NCBI GenBank assembly: GCA_963422265.1
Contig: OY729416.1
Coordinates: 864,001-928,000 of the forward strand
From: Thermodesulfobacteriota bacterium
Lineage (GTDB): Bacteria > Desulfobacterota_D > UBA1144 > Nemesobacterales > UBA2774
Length of the DNA: 64,000 bases
Direction: 5' to 3'
Below the pieces are notes generated by a model. The model was given only the letters and a program-made list of their open reading frames with translations. It made no database searches and was not told the origin of the DNA. Below, piece after piece: positions 19,263-28,458 of this stretch; positions within the stretch are counted from its first letter, which is position 1; each line of letters begins with the position of its first letter. The position numbers and the translations under genes are program-made.

Positions 19263-21227
19263 ATGGAAAGCAATTTTACATTTGACGGACTCCGAGTAAC
19301 TGCTTTCGAAAGCAGGCGTGCAAAGGAAATCGAGAAACTAATAAGCTACCACGGCGGTATTCCTAGAATTGCTCCCTCTATGAGGGAGATTCCGATAGCA
19401 GAGCCAAAAGAGGCTTTTAAGTTTGCTCAAGAACTATTTGATAACCGCTATGATGTTCTAATACTTATGACGGGCGTAGGAACGCGCGCGCTAGCCAAAG
19501 CTCTAAAGACAAAATATCCGCTGGACGAACTTGTAGCCGCCATAAAAGAAGTAACGACAGTAGCCCGCGGACCCAAGCCGGCTCGGGCGCTGAGAGAGTT
19601 GGGACTAAAACCGGACGTTATCGTGCCCGAACCCAATACGTGGCGGGAAATCCTGAAAACGCTCGATGATAACCTTGACGTCAAGGGCAAGAGTGTAGCC
19701 GTTCAGGAATATGGCGTATCCAACGGGGAGTTCTTGGAAGAGCTAAGTAAACGAGGGGCATCTGTAAAAGCCGTTCCTATCTACAGATGGGGTCTTCCTG
19801 AAGACATAGTACCGCTGAAGAAGGCAATATATTCTATAATAGATAATGGGGAGGACGTATTGCTCTTTACAAGCTCGCAGCAAATACGTCACTTACTTCA
19901 AGTTGCCGATCGAGAGGGGCTACTAGAAGAATTAAAAAAAGGACTTAAGCAAACAATTCTAGCTTCAATAGGACCTGCCACGACGGAAACCCTAAAAGGG
20001 TTTGGGCTTTCCGCAGACTACGAGCCTGACAGCCCTAAGATGGGCAACCTGATACGCGAAACAGCAAGACGCGGAAACAATCTACTAAAAAGAAAAAAGA
20101 TTGCCTATGAGAACGGCGTAAATACGAATGGGTGGAACAGAATTGAAATGGTCTGGGACCATAGATCCGAGGAAACGAGAAAAGAAATCACGCAGAATTC
20201 CATCTTTATGAAAGCCTGTAGAAAGGAGAAGACGGATTACACACCGATCTGGCTCATGAGGCAGGCAGGGAGATTCATGCGTGAGTATAGAGAGCTAAGA
20301 GGGAAAATATCTTTCATGGAGCTTTGTAAAACCCCTGAGCTTGAAGCTGAAGTAACAATTAGCGCAGTCGACCGTCTTGGAGTGGATGCGGCAATAATCT
20401 TCTCGGACATATTACTTATTGTCGAGTCGTTGGGTATAGATCTGGAATTCTCAAATGGAGAGGGACCTAGAATCAAAAGACCGGTGCGCTCGGCCAAAGC
20501 TGTTGCGCGTTTAACGGATTTTGATCCCGAATCACTAAAATTCGTTTACGACGGGATAAAAATCACAAGGAGAGCACTAGACCCTCAAATAGCACTTATT
20601 GGATTCGCAGGAGCTCCATTTACGGTAGCCTCCTACGTAATAGAGGGTAGGGGATCACGCAACTATGAAAATGCAAAGGGTTTAATGTATCGCGACCCTA
20701 AAGCCTGGAATGACCTAATGCAAAAGCTGACGCACGCGACCCAACTATACTTAAACAGGCAAATTGAATCGGGTGCCGATGCAATTCAGTTATTTGATAG
20801 CTGGGTTGGCTGTTTATCCCCCCATGACTATAAGGAATTTGTGCTGCCCCATGTGAAAACCCTGATAGATGGAATTAAGGATGACGTCCCTGTAATACTT
20901 TTTGGCACGGGAACCAGCTCACTATTGGAACTAATAAAAGAATCCGAAAGCCACGTCATAGGGCTTGACTGGAGGGTTGACATAGACAAGGCATGGGAAC
21001 TGCTCGGAAGCAAAGTAGCCGTGCAGGGAAACCTCGATCCCGTTACCCTTTTTGCCAATCCTGAAGAGATTAAAAAAAGAGCCAGGTTTATATTGGACAA
21101 AGTTGACGGTAGACCAGGACACATATTCAACCTGGGACACGGTGTGCTACCCAGAACCCCAGTTGATAACGTGCTTGCCCTCATAGATTTCGTGCATGCA
21201 TACTCAGATAGGAAACATATCTTATAA
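19263..21227 (+). CDS. hemE: Fused uroporphyrinogen-III synthase (HemD-like) and uroporphyrinogen decarboxylase (HemE)
   Basis: N-terminal part with ARGPKP, YRW.LPED, SIGP.T.E.L (HemD). C-terminal part with PIWLMRQAGR, FSDIL, QGNLDP, IFNLGHG (HemE). Confidence 0.9.
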   Translation: MESNFTFDGLRVTAFESRRAKEIEKLISYHGGIPRIAPSMREIPIAEPKEAFKFAQELFDNRYDVLILMTGVGTRALAKALKTKYPLDELVAAIKEVTTVARGPKPARALRELGLKPDVIVPEPNTWREILKTLDDNLDVKGKSVAVQEYGVSNGEFLEELSKRGASVKAVPIYRWGLPEDIVPLKKAIYSIIDNGEDVLLFTSSQQIRHLLQVADREGLLEELKKGLKQTILASIGPATTETLKGFGLSADYEPDSPKMGNLIRETARRGNNLLKRKKIAYENGVNTNGWNRIEMVWDHRSEETRKEITQNSIFMKACRKEKTDYTPIWLMRQAGRFMREYRELRGKISFMELCKTPELEAEVTISAVDRLGVDAAIIFSDILLIVESLGIDLEFSNGEGPRIKRPVRSAKAVARLTDFDPESLKFVYDGIKITRRALDPQIALIGFAGAPFTVASYVIEGRGSRNYENAKGLMYRDPKAWNDLMQKLTHATQLYLNRQIESGADAIQLFDSWVGCLSPHDYKEFVLPHVKTLIDGIKDDVPVILFGTGTSSLLELIKESESHVIGLDWRVDIDKAWELLGSKVAVQGNLDPVTLFANPEEIKKRARFILDKVDGRPGHIFNLGHGVLPRTPVDNVLALIDFVHAYSDRKHIL

Positions 21228-21257
21228 ATTTCAATTACAATCTGAGGAGAATGCTTA

Positions 21258-22181
21258 ATGCCTAAGAAATTCGACGCTATAATGATGATAGGATACGGGG
21301 CACCTGAGAGGCTTGAGGATATTCATCCTTTTCTCAACAATGTTGCCAAAGGAAGACCTATTCCCCAGGAGCGCATAGATGAAGTGGCAAGCCACTATGA
21401 ACTCTTTGGAGGGAAATCACCCCTAAACGAATACACTTACAAACAGGCGAGGAGACTTGAGATTAGGCTATCCCAAAATGGATATGAAACACCGGTTTAC
21501 GTAGGAATGCGAAACTGGCGCCCGTATATCCCGAACACCATAAAGGAGATGCGTGAAAAAGGTGCCAAGAAGGCAATTGGAATGATTATGGCTGCGCATC
21601 AATGTGATGCTAGCTGGGAGCGCTATAAGCGGGACGTGCAGGAAGCCCTTTGCAACACTGATATTGAGATAGAGTTTGAGTACTCCCCTCCCTTGTTCGA
21701 CCATCCGCTATTTATTGAGAACTCGGCAGACCTTATACGAGAATGCTTAGATCTAATTGACCTTGAGGAACTTCAGAACACCGTGATACTCTTTACTGCA
21801 CACAGCATACCAACGCCCATGTCTGAAGCCTCACCTTACGTCGAGCAACTAATGACGACTTCACGCTTAATAGCGAAAGAAATAAATTACGATAACTGGC
21901 GGCTTGTATATCAAAGCCGCAGCGGCAGTCCAAAAGACCCTTGGCTTGAACCCGATGTATGTGACGTTATAAGTGAGACTGCAAAGGAAGGGACAAAAAA
22001 CGTTATAGTTCAACCAATCGGATTTCTCTGTGACCATATAGAGGTTTTATTTGACATTGGAATAGAAGCCCAGGAAGCAGCCGACCGATCGGGGATTAAA
22101 CTATACCGTGCCAAAACCGTAAACGACTCGCCCAAGTTTATAGAAGCTTTGGCAGACGTCGTAGAAAAAATGGTATCCTAA
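21258..22181 (+). CDS. hemH: Ferrochelatase
   Basis: GGKSPL, FTAHSIP, YQSRSG...PWLEPD, GFLCDHIEVL. Confidence 0.93.
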   Translation: MPKKFDAIMMIGYGAPERLEDIHPFLNNVAKGRPIPQERIDEVASHYELFGGKSPLNEYTYKQARRLEIRLSQNGYETPVYVGMRNWRPYIPNTIKEMREKGAKKAIGMIMAAHQCDASWERYKRDVQEALCNTDIEIEFEYSPPLFDHPLFIENSADLIRECLDLIDLEELQNTVILFTAHSIPTPMSEASPYVEQLMTTSRLIAKEINYDNWRLVYQSRSGSPKDPWLEPDVCDVISETAKEGTKNVIVQPIGFLCDHIEVLFDIGIEAQEAADRSGIKLYRAKTVNDSPKFIEALADVVEKMVS

Positions 22182-22197
22182 AAGAGGAACTGAGAAC

Positions 22198-22635
22198 ATG
22201 AATTGGCTTCAAAAGGAAATTAGCCTATCACCAAAGAAACGAGGATTTCATCTTGTTACGAGAGAAATACTTGAGCAAGTTCCTGAGCTCTCGCAACTCA
22301 AGATTGGAATAGTCCACATCTTTATTTGCCACACCTCTGCTTCTATTACGATAAACGAAAATGCGGACTCAGACGTTAGAGCAGACTTTGAAAGCTATTT
22401 TAACAAGCACGTCCCTGAGAATGCTCCATATTACACCCATAATAACGAGGGACCGGATGATATGCCTGCTCATATCAAAGCCTCGCTGATGGGAAGCTCC
22501 ATCTCTATTCCAGTCAAAGACGGGAGATTGAATATAGGAATATGGCAGGGAATTTATCTCTGTGAGCACAGAAATCGCGGGGGAGCGAGAAAGCTAATTG
22601 TAACGATTTATGGGCAGAACTCTTCCAAGTGCTGA
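22198..22635 (+). CDS. yjbQ: YjbQ/UPF0047 family protein
   Basis: HTSASITINEN, H..EGPDDMPAHIK, G.WQGIYLCEHR. Confidence 0.92.
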   Translation: MNWLQKEISLSPKKRGFHLVTREILEQVPELSQLKIGIVHIFICHTSASITINENADSDVRADFESYFNKHVPENAPYYTHNNEGPDDMPAHIKASLMGSSISIPVKDGRLNIGIWQGIYLCEHRNRGGARKLIVTIYGQNSSKC

Positions 22636-22636
22636 G

Positions 22637-23497
22637 ATGAAACACAATACCACTTCCTTTCAACACCTTAGCAGTATCATACTTATTAAGTTACTGATAT
22701 GCTTTACTATTATTAACATTAAACCCTACCTCACCGTATCTGAAGAACGAAAAACCGAGAGCATAAATCTTGGAACTTGGACGGAAGAGTCCCTAATGAA
22801 AGTAATGAAAGACGCCGCCGAAAAATCGGAAAGTGCCGAAGGGCGTATCAGTTTTATATCCGAAAAATTCCTAGGCACCAAGTATCAAGGGAAGACGCTT
22901 ACGGGAAGCATAAACGAACAGGAAGGATTCACTTTAAATCTTGCAGGCATGGACTGTTTTACCTATATCGACTATGTTGAAGCTATGCGGTTATCTAGCT
23001 CTTTCTCGGAATTTAAGCATGAGTTAAAAAAGATCAGATACCGAGAAGGGGTGGTAAGCTTTCAAAATAGAAACCACTTTTTTTCTGATTGGCCTGTGAA
23101 TAATGGTGGTAACGTTCGCGACGTAACGCGAGAGATCGGAGGTGGCAAAACCACTAAAATCAACAAGAAGCTTAATCTAAAACAAGATGAAACATATTAC
23201 TTGTCTGGAATCCCGGTAATCAATCGTAAGATTACTTTCCTTCCTTCCTCAGCTATCAACGATGAGGTCGTAAAAAAATTACATGCTGGGGATTACGTCG
23301 GAATTTATGCCCATAAAGATAAACAAGGTATTCCCCTAGAAGGTCTTGACGTAACGCATACAGGAATAATTATCAAAAAAGACGATAAGGTTTATTTAAG
23401 GCACGCTTCTTCTATCCATAATAAAGTCATTGACGAAAATTTTTTGGAATACGTGCAGAATAAGCCCGGCGTAGTAATTTATAGACCTATTGACTAA
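22637..23497 (+). CDS. DUF1460 (AmiA-like NlpC/P60-fold) N-acetylmuramoyl-L-alanine amidase, N-terminally anchored
   Basis: FLGTKY, DCFTYIDYVEA, RNHFFSDW, GLDVTHTG, HASS. Confidence 0.85.
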   Translation: MKHNTTSFQHLSSIILIKLLICFTIINIKPYLTVSEERKTESINLGTWTEESLMKVMKDAAEKSESAEGRISFISEKFLGTKYQGKTLTGSINEQEGFTLNLAGMDCFTYIDYVEAMRLSSSFSEFKHELKKIRYREGVVSFQNRNHFFSDWPVNNGGNVRDVTREIGGGKTTKINKKLNLKQDETYYLSGIPVINRKITFLPSSAINDEVVKKLHAGDYVGIYAHKDKQGIPLEGLDVTHTGIIIKKDDKVYLRHASSIHNKVIDENFLEYVQNKPGVVIYRPID

Positions 23498-23530
23498 GCA
23501 AAAATACTAATGTCTCTCGCGGAACAACAA

Positions 23531-23562
23531 GTCCCATCCACCAAGCTCACACAGGATGGGAC
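23531..23562. terminator. Stem-loop after the hem-yjbQ-amidase run
   Basis: GTCCCATCC-N14-GGATGGGAC inverted repeat, no clear U tract. Confidence 0.4.
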
Positions 23563-23656
23563 ATCTGCTCGGAAATTTAATAACTTGACTCACTATTCAT
23601 AATCTATGAAAATAATGCTGATCTTACCTATATCTAAATTCACACGGAGGTAATCT

Positions 23657-24079
23657 ATGTCTCTTAGTGCTAGGAAGCTAACCGAGCTATCAAAAGAAAG
23701 TCTAAAAGCCAGAGCGAGGCTAGATCAGTTATTAGATTTCGTGGACGTAGTCAGCAAGGAAGCAGAAAATCTTGAAGGAGACGTAGCGCCCGCCGGAGAT
23801 AAAATAAAAGGGCTTACAGACGCCATGAGCGAGCACATAGAAACAATAAAAGACATAGTTGAGACTCAGCTTAACAAGATTCCGATTGATCCAGAAGAAA
23901 CTAAGGACGCGGCGAAGAAGCTCACTTTATATCACGGTGCTGTTCATCAGGTAATTAGCTGGGCGGAAACTCAGAAAAGCAACCACAAAGAAGGCTCATA
24001 CTGGTACCGTTACTGGGTGGATGTCATGGAAAACGTAATGAAAGAACAAGCCGAAAAAGGGACCTTGGAAAAAACATAG
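23657..24079 (+). CDS. Hypothetical helical protein
   Basis: 140-aa ORF with strong SD (GGAGG) and TTGACT promoter-like site upstream. No family recognised. Confidence 0.75.
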   Translation: MSLSARKLTELSKESLKARARLDQLLDFVDVVSKEAENLEGDVAPAGDKIKGLTDAMSEHIETIKDIVETQLNKIPIDPEETKDAAKKLTLYHGAVHQVISWAETQKSNHKEGSYWYRYWVDVMENVMKEQAEKGTLEKT

Positions 24080-24083
24080 GTCG

Positions 24084-25052
24084 CTAGACCAGCGAACTTC
24101 TTACAACGAGCGCGTGCACGTCTTCGGCACAGCCCCACGAAAGGGTGAAACCAGCCCCGCCGTGACCGTAGTTATGTATTAAGACACAACTACCGGAAAT
24201 TCTCTCAAGCTCAAGTCGGACTTCCACTCTTCCAGGACGAAGTCCAACCTTGTGATCTAATACCTCAGCATCATTTAGATTAGGTTCAAGGATTTTACAC
24301 TTTCTTAGAATTTCCTCAGCCGTGGTGGGATCTATTTCAAGACTCCAATTGTTTTCTTCAGCCGTTCCACCTAGAATACAATCGTTGGTGCGGGGAACGA
24401 CGTAAGAAACCGCAAGAGGTCCTAGCTCGTCATTTATGCACCGGCTCAAACCGGGGTTAGTCGTTCTTATGATTTGTCCCCTTATGGGGAATGAGTCTTT
24501 ATCGTTACAAATCTTTCTGCTTCCCAAACCTGAGCAATTAACTATTAAGTCCCCAAGACCGCATAATTCTTTAACTGAGTCAATTTCTTTCTCCAATTTT
24601 TCAATACTGCCGCCCATATTAAGGAAGGTTCGCACCAGATAACCCATATACAAAGGGGTTTCTATAATTGGAACTTCGGCCATGAAACCATCTACGTAAT
24701 CTTTGGGCAACTCCTCTGAATTTAAGCGCCTAAAGGAGCGCACCACAGATTTCCAGAAAGGATCACTCATGGGATGGGAAAAGATCTTTACAAGTTCGAA
24801 CATAGATACGCCGGTTTCAGGATTCTCTTTGAGCTCAAGAAACCTTTGATAGGAAAGCGAAGCCCATCTAAGCACCTTATCACGAGGGGAGACCTTATAT
24901 GGATACCAATAAGCCGCAGCCACGTCTGAGGTAGTTTTAGGGGGTAGAGACACAGCTACTATCTTAACTGCAAAATCACTCTCCAGTAGCTTGATCCCAG
25001 TGGTAAGACCTGAAACCCCGCATCCTAGAATAATGACTTTTCGCTTTTTCAT
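24084..25052 (-). CDS. D-amino-acid oxidase family FAD oxidoreductase
   Basis: G.GVSGLTT, TTSDVAAA.W, P.RGQ, VGLRPGR, HNYGHGGAG.TLSWGCA. Confidence 0.88.
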   Translation of the reverse strand: MKKRKVIILGCGVSGLTTGIKLLESDFAVKIVAVSLPPKTTSDVAAAYWYPYKVSPRDKVLRWASLSYQRFLELKENPETGVSMFELVKIFSHPMSDPFWKSVVRSFRRLNSEELPKDYVDGFMAEVPIIETPLYMGYLVRTFLNMGGSIEKLEKEIDSVKELCGLGDLIVNCSGLGSRKICNDKDSFPIRGQIIRTTNPGLSRCINDELGPLAVSYVVPRTNDCILGGTAEENNWSLEIDPTTAEEILRKCKILEPNLNDAEVLDHKVGLRPGRVEVRLELERISGSCVLIHNYGHGGAGFTLSWGCAEDVHALVVRSSLV

Positions 25053-25112
25053 TTTTCGCCTACTTATCAAAAGCTACCTAAATTGCTCACTTGTAGATTA
25101 TAATACCTTATT

Positions 25113-26123
25113 ATGGTCAAATTTATTGATGAGGCTAATATATACCTAAAGGCTGGGGATGGAGGAAGGGGGTGCATCAGCTTTAGGAGAGAAAAATACG
25201 TCCCACGCGGGGGACCAAACGGGGGCGATGGGGGCAATGGCGCAAACGTAGTTATAGTAGCAAGGCGAAATATGTCTTCTCTACTCGACCAGCGTTATCA
25301 GCGACATTACAAAGGCAAAAGAGGAGCACACGGCAGAGGGAAAAATCAGCACGGAAAGAACGCCGAAGAGCTATATATCCCCGTGCCGGTGGGCACACTT
25401 ATAAAAGACCTTGAAACTGGAGAAACTCTCGGAGACCTAACAAAAGACGGCGAAACCTTGATTGTAGCTAAGGGTGGAAAAGGTGGGAAAGGAAATGCTC
25501 GGTTCGTAAGCTCTACTAACCAAGCTCCAAAAAACGCCGAGCCGGGTGGAGAGGGAGAAGAGAAAACGCTCCTGTTAGAACTGAAGCTACTCGCAGACGT
25601 AGGGATAGTAGGTTTTCCAAATGCCGGCAAATCTATGCTAATCTCAAGAATTTCGGCGGCGAGGCCTAAAGTCGCTGATTACGCCTTTACTACCCTTGTT
25701 CCAAATTTAGGGGTTGTAAGCTACCATGATGGGAAGACGTTCGTAGTGGCAGACATTCCGGGATTAATCGAAGGTGCACACGCAGGCACAGGACTTGGCA
25801 CACAGTTTCTAAGACATATTGAGCGCACAAAAATCCTGATTCATTTGCTGGACCTATCACCGACTACAAATAGAGACCCCGTTCGAGACTTCCAAGTCAT
25901 TAACAAAGAGCTTAAAGACTACAGCGAGCGATTATCAAGAAAGTTCCAGATTATCGCGGCGAATAAAATAGACATAATAGATGCGAGGGAAAGACTTGAA
26001 GAAACCTACGCTCACTTTAAGGATAAGGGAATAAAGATTTTTCCCATCTCATCAATAACAGGTGAAGGAGTAAAAGAACTCATAGATGAATTAGTTAAAA
26101 ATCTTGATAAAAAACTACAGTAG
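25113..26123 (+). CDS. obgE: GTPase Obg/CgtA
   Basis: FRREKYVPRGGP, GFPNAGKS, DIPGLIEGA, NKID. Confidence 0.96.
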   Translation: MVKFIDEANIYLKAGDGGRGCISFRREKYVPRGGPNGGDGGNGANVVIVARRNMSSLLDQRYQRHYKGKRGAHGRGKNQHGKNAEELYIPVPVGTLIKDLETGETLGDLTKDGETLIVAKGGKGGKGNARFVSSTNQAPKNAEPGGEGEEKTLLLELKLLADVGIVGFPNAGKSMLISRISAARPKVADYAFTTLVPNLGVVSYHDGKTFVVADIPGLIEGAHAGTGLGTQFLRHIERTKILIHLLDLSPTTNRDPVRDFQVINKELKDYSERLSRKFQIIAANKIDIIDARERLEETYAHFKDKGIKIFPISSITGEGVKELIDELVKNLDKKLQ

Positions 26124-26287
26124 CGTAGTTGGGAAAATTGTTATATTAAATGCAATCGGTCAAACTCCGTTGCAAACCGAAATACCCAGAGATAACAGAT
26201 CGCAGCAGTAGAAAATCCTGAATAAGCGGTTACAATGTTACAATATGTTTTCTCAAAATAAACGTTTTGACAAGGAGGTAGGTAATA

Positions 26288-26635
26288 TTGCTATACGATA
26301 GAAAGATAGACTTCAGCAAGTCAAAAAAAGATGAATGGGAGTTATTAGTATCCAAGATAGGAGATGGCATCGAACTGCCTTTGCCAGATTCTGAGCGCTG
26401 GTTTCGCGCCAGCATAGACGGAGAGACGATAAGAATTGAGAGTGCTAAGCACAATGCCCGACCCATAATGATATACGACCCCATAATTATTAAGTTTGAT
26501 GAGTTCCACACGGTCGCTACTCATTACAACAGTTTTCTTGAACTTCAGGTTAAAACAATGAGCGATACCCACGAGGTCAGGGAGAACTCGCCTAATCTGA
26601 AATACATATTTATGATTATCTATCACCTGCTATAG
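26288..26635 (+). CDS. Hypothetical protein
   Basis: 115-aa ORF, TTG start after AAGGAGGT. No family recognised. Confidence 0.65.
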   Translation: MLYDRKIDFSKSKKDEWELLVSKIGDGIELPLPDSERWFRASIDGETIRIESAKHNARPIMIYDPIIIKFDEFHTVATHYNSFLELQVKTMSDTHEVRENSPNLKYIFMIIYHLL

Positions 26636-26772
26636 ACAAACCCACAGGGCAAGCGTTTATATCCCCCGAAGGTAATTGTTAATTATTATTGAGAGTGAGA
26701 AATGGGGGGGGGGGAGGAGGAAGGCAAAGAATAATAAACCTATATTAGGAGATAGCCAGTTTTTAAGCAGCT

Positions 26773-26836
26773 AAAAAAAAGGGGGGAAGGGGAGGTGGCG
26801 AGGTTTATCCTTCTCATGCCACTTCCCTATCCCACC
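26773..26836 (-). terminator. Intrinsic terminator of the AmiS/UreI end of the operon
   Basis: Minus strand GGTGGGATAGGGAAGTGGC...GCCACCTCCCCTTCCCCCC followed by T8. Confidence 0.7.
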
Positions 26837-26860
26837 AATACTCTTATCCACACTTATACT

Positions 26861-27403
26861 CTACCCACCAGCACTAAGAGCCGTTATCGGACCCCACGTG
26901 CCCGTCAATAACAACATACCAGGCAACATTAACGTCAACACCGACTCTATCAAAAATAACCACGCTACCGTCGGTCCCAATGCCTTCCCCAAAGAAAATA
27001 CCAAAAATACCAAAAATACTAACAATGCCCATGACCAACAAAATAAAGCATAATACATCATACCAGGAATCGCTCCCTCCAATCCATAAAAATGAAATCC
27101 ATACCAAACAAACACTACCGTAGCAAATAAACAATACCAACCCAAACCCTTCGCATCATGACCATGTATGAATATCCCCGCCACCATCAAATATATCAAC
27201 GCAAATACCGATACCAATGCCGTCGCCGCCGTTAAGTCCAACTCATGCAACTTCCACGCCGCTATCAATATCAATATCGCTACGCCTAAGTTTAATACCC
27301 CTACCTCCTTCGCACCCGTCTTCCCCAATACCGTCATACCATTACAAAAAAATACAAATCCTACCAACAACAATACATAACCCAACAACATATCTATTCC
27401 CAT
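26861..27403 (-). CDS. AmiS/UreI family small-solute channel
   Basis: Six hydrophobic helices, LL.VG.V...NG, KEVGVLN, DAKGLGWYCLF, WSWALL, PG.LLL.G.W. Confidence 0.85.
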   Translation of the reverse strand: MGIDMLLGYVLLLVGFVFFCNGMTVLGKTGAKEVGVLNLGVAILILIAAWKLHELDLTAATALVSVFALIYLMVAGIFIHGHDAKGLGWYCLFATVVFVWYGFHFYGLEGAIPGMMYYALFCWSWALLVFLVFLVFSLGKALGPTVAWLFLIESVLTLMLPGMLLLTGTWGPITALSAGG

Positions 27404-27544
27404 CTTCCTCCTTACCTCCTTATAATATGAGTTTTCTTACCTCTTTCTTTTCTTCTTCTTTTCCCACTCTTCTCCCCTACCCCTCTACTCTTTTAACACA
27501 CTTCACTACCCCATGTCAAGATACTTTTTACCTCACCCTCCAAT

Positions 27545-28000
27545 TTACCCCTCACCACGACGCCTTACCAGTATCACCCACTTCCCAACCTGTACCACCT
27601 CTCCACCCTGATTATATACCTTTACCTCAAATATCAAAAATCCCATCCCTCCTCGCTTATGCTCACGCTTCTCCAATAACTCACGCCTCACATGAACTGT
27701 GTCCCCTAACTTCACCGCCCCTGAAAACCGCCAATCCTCCAATCCCATAAACGCCACTGTCCCCAAACGCGGCATCGTAAACCATAAACCCGATGCTATA
27801 GATAATACACACAAACCATGCGCTACACGCCCCTTAAACACCGTACCACGCGCAAACTCCTCATCCACATGCATATCGTTAAAATCCCCAGATAAACCAG
27901 CAAAACCCACTACGTCTGCCTCGGTCACCGTCCGACCACTGCTCTCATGTACCTCCCCCACCTCTATATCCTCATATAACAACCGCACTGCTTCACCCAT
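27545..28000 (-). CDS. MaoC-like (R)-hydratase/dehydratase
   Basis: RTVTEADV..FAGLSGDFNDMHVD..FA....F.GRVAHG hydratase-2 motif. Confidence 0.9.
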   Translation of the reverse strand: MGEAVRLLYEDIEVGEVHESSGRTVTEADVVGFAGLSGDFNDMHVDEEFARGTVFKGRVAHGLCVLSIASGLWFTMPRLGTVAFMGLEDWRFSGAVKLGDTVHVRRELLEKREHKRGGMGFLIFEVKVYNQGGEVVQVGKWVILVRRRGEG

Positions 28001-28439
28001 CCCTATTTACCCCCTCCTTCTTTACAGGCTTGAACTTCGGTAACGTTACCTCATCCGTTACGTCATCAAACACTACCTCCACCTCCATACCTATATAAAC
28101 ATCTCCAGCCTCTACTCCCACCACGTTCGTCATTATCTTTACACCTTCCCCCAGCTCCACTAACGCAACCACATACGGCGGCTCGCCCTTATACGCCTTC
28201 GTCGGACCCATGTGGTGCACCGCATACGTCCACACCTTACCTAACCCCCGAGAACGCACCCACTCTATCTCTTTACTCATCTCTTCCCCAGGACTATACG
28301 CACGCGGATAAAAAAAATACTCCCCACTTACCTTACTCCTTGGTATCAATAACTCATGCCCCTTACATCCCTCCCAATACCGCCGCGTCTCCGGACGAAA
28401 ATCCGGCAACGGCTTCCCATATCCTCTCGCCTCACTCAT
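27993..28439 (-). CDS. DUF35 (ChsH2 C-terminal-like) OB-fold protein. The rubredoxin Cys pairs appear absent
   Basis: KPLP....TRRYWEG....EL, G.V.TY.V.H, PPYVVALVEL.EG...MTN, IGMEVEVVF. CxxC positions read SKVS and SPGE. Confidence 0.85.
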   Translation of the reverse strand: MSEARGYGKPLPDFRPETRRYWEGCKGHELLIPRSKVSGEYFFYPRAYSPGEEMSKEIEWVRSRGLGKVWTYAVHHMGPTKAYKGEPPYVVALVELGEGVKIMTNVVGVEAGDVYIGMEVEVVFDDVTDEVTLPKFKPVKKEGVNRDG

Positions 28440-28458
28440 CGCTTGTCTCTCCCTCCTC

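Noticed and set aside
25610-25640. Obg P-loop reads GKSM instead of the usual GKST
   Set aside because: The core GxxxxGKS is intact. A single substitution or base error is not enough to claim altered function.
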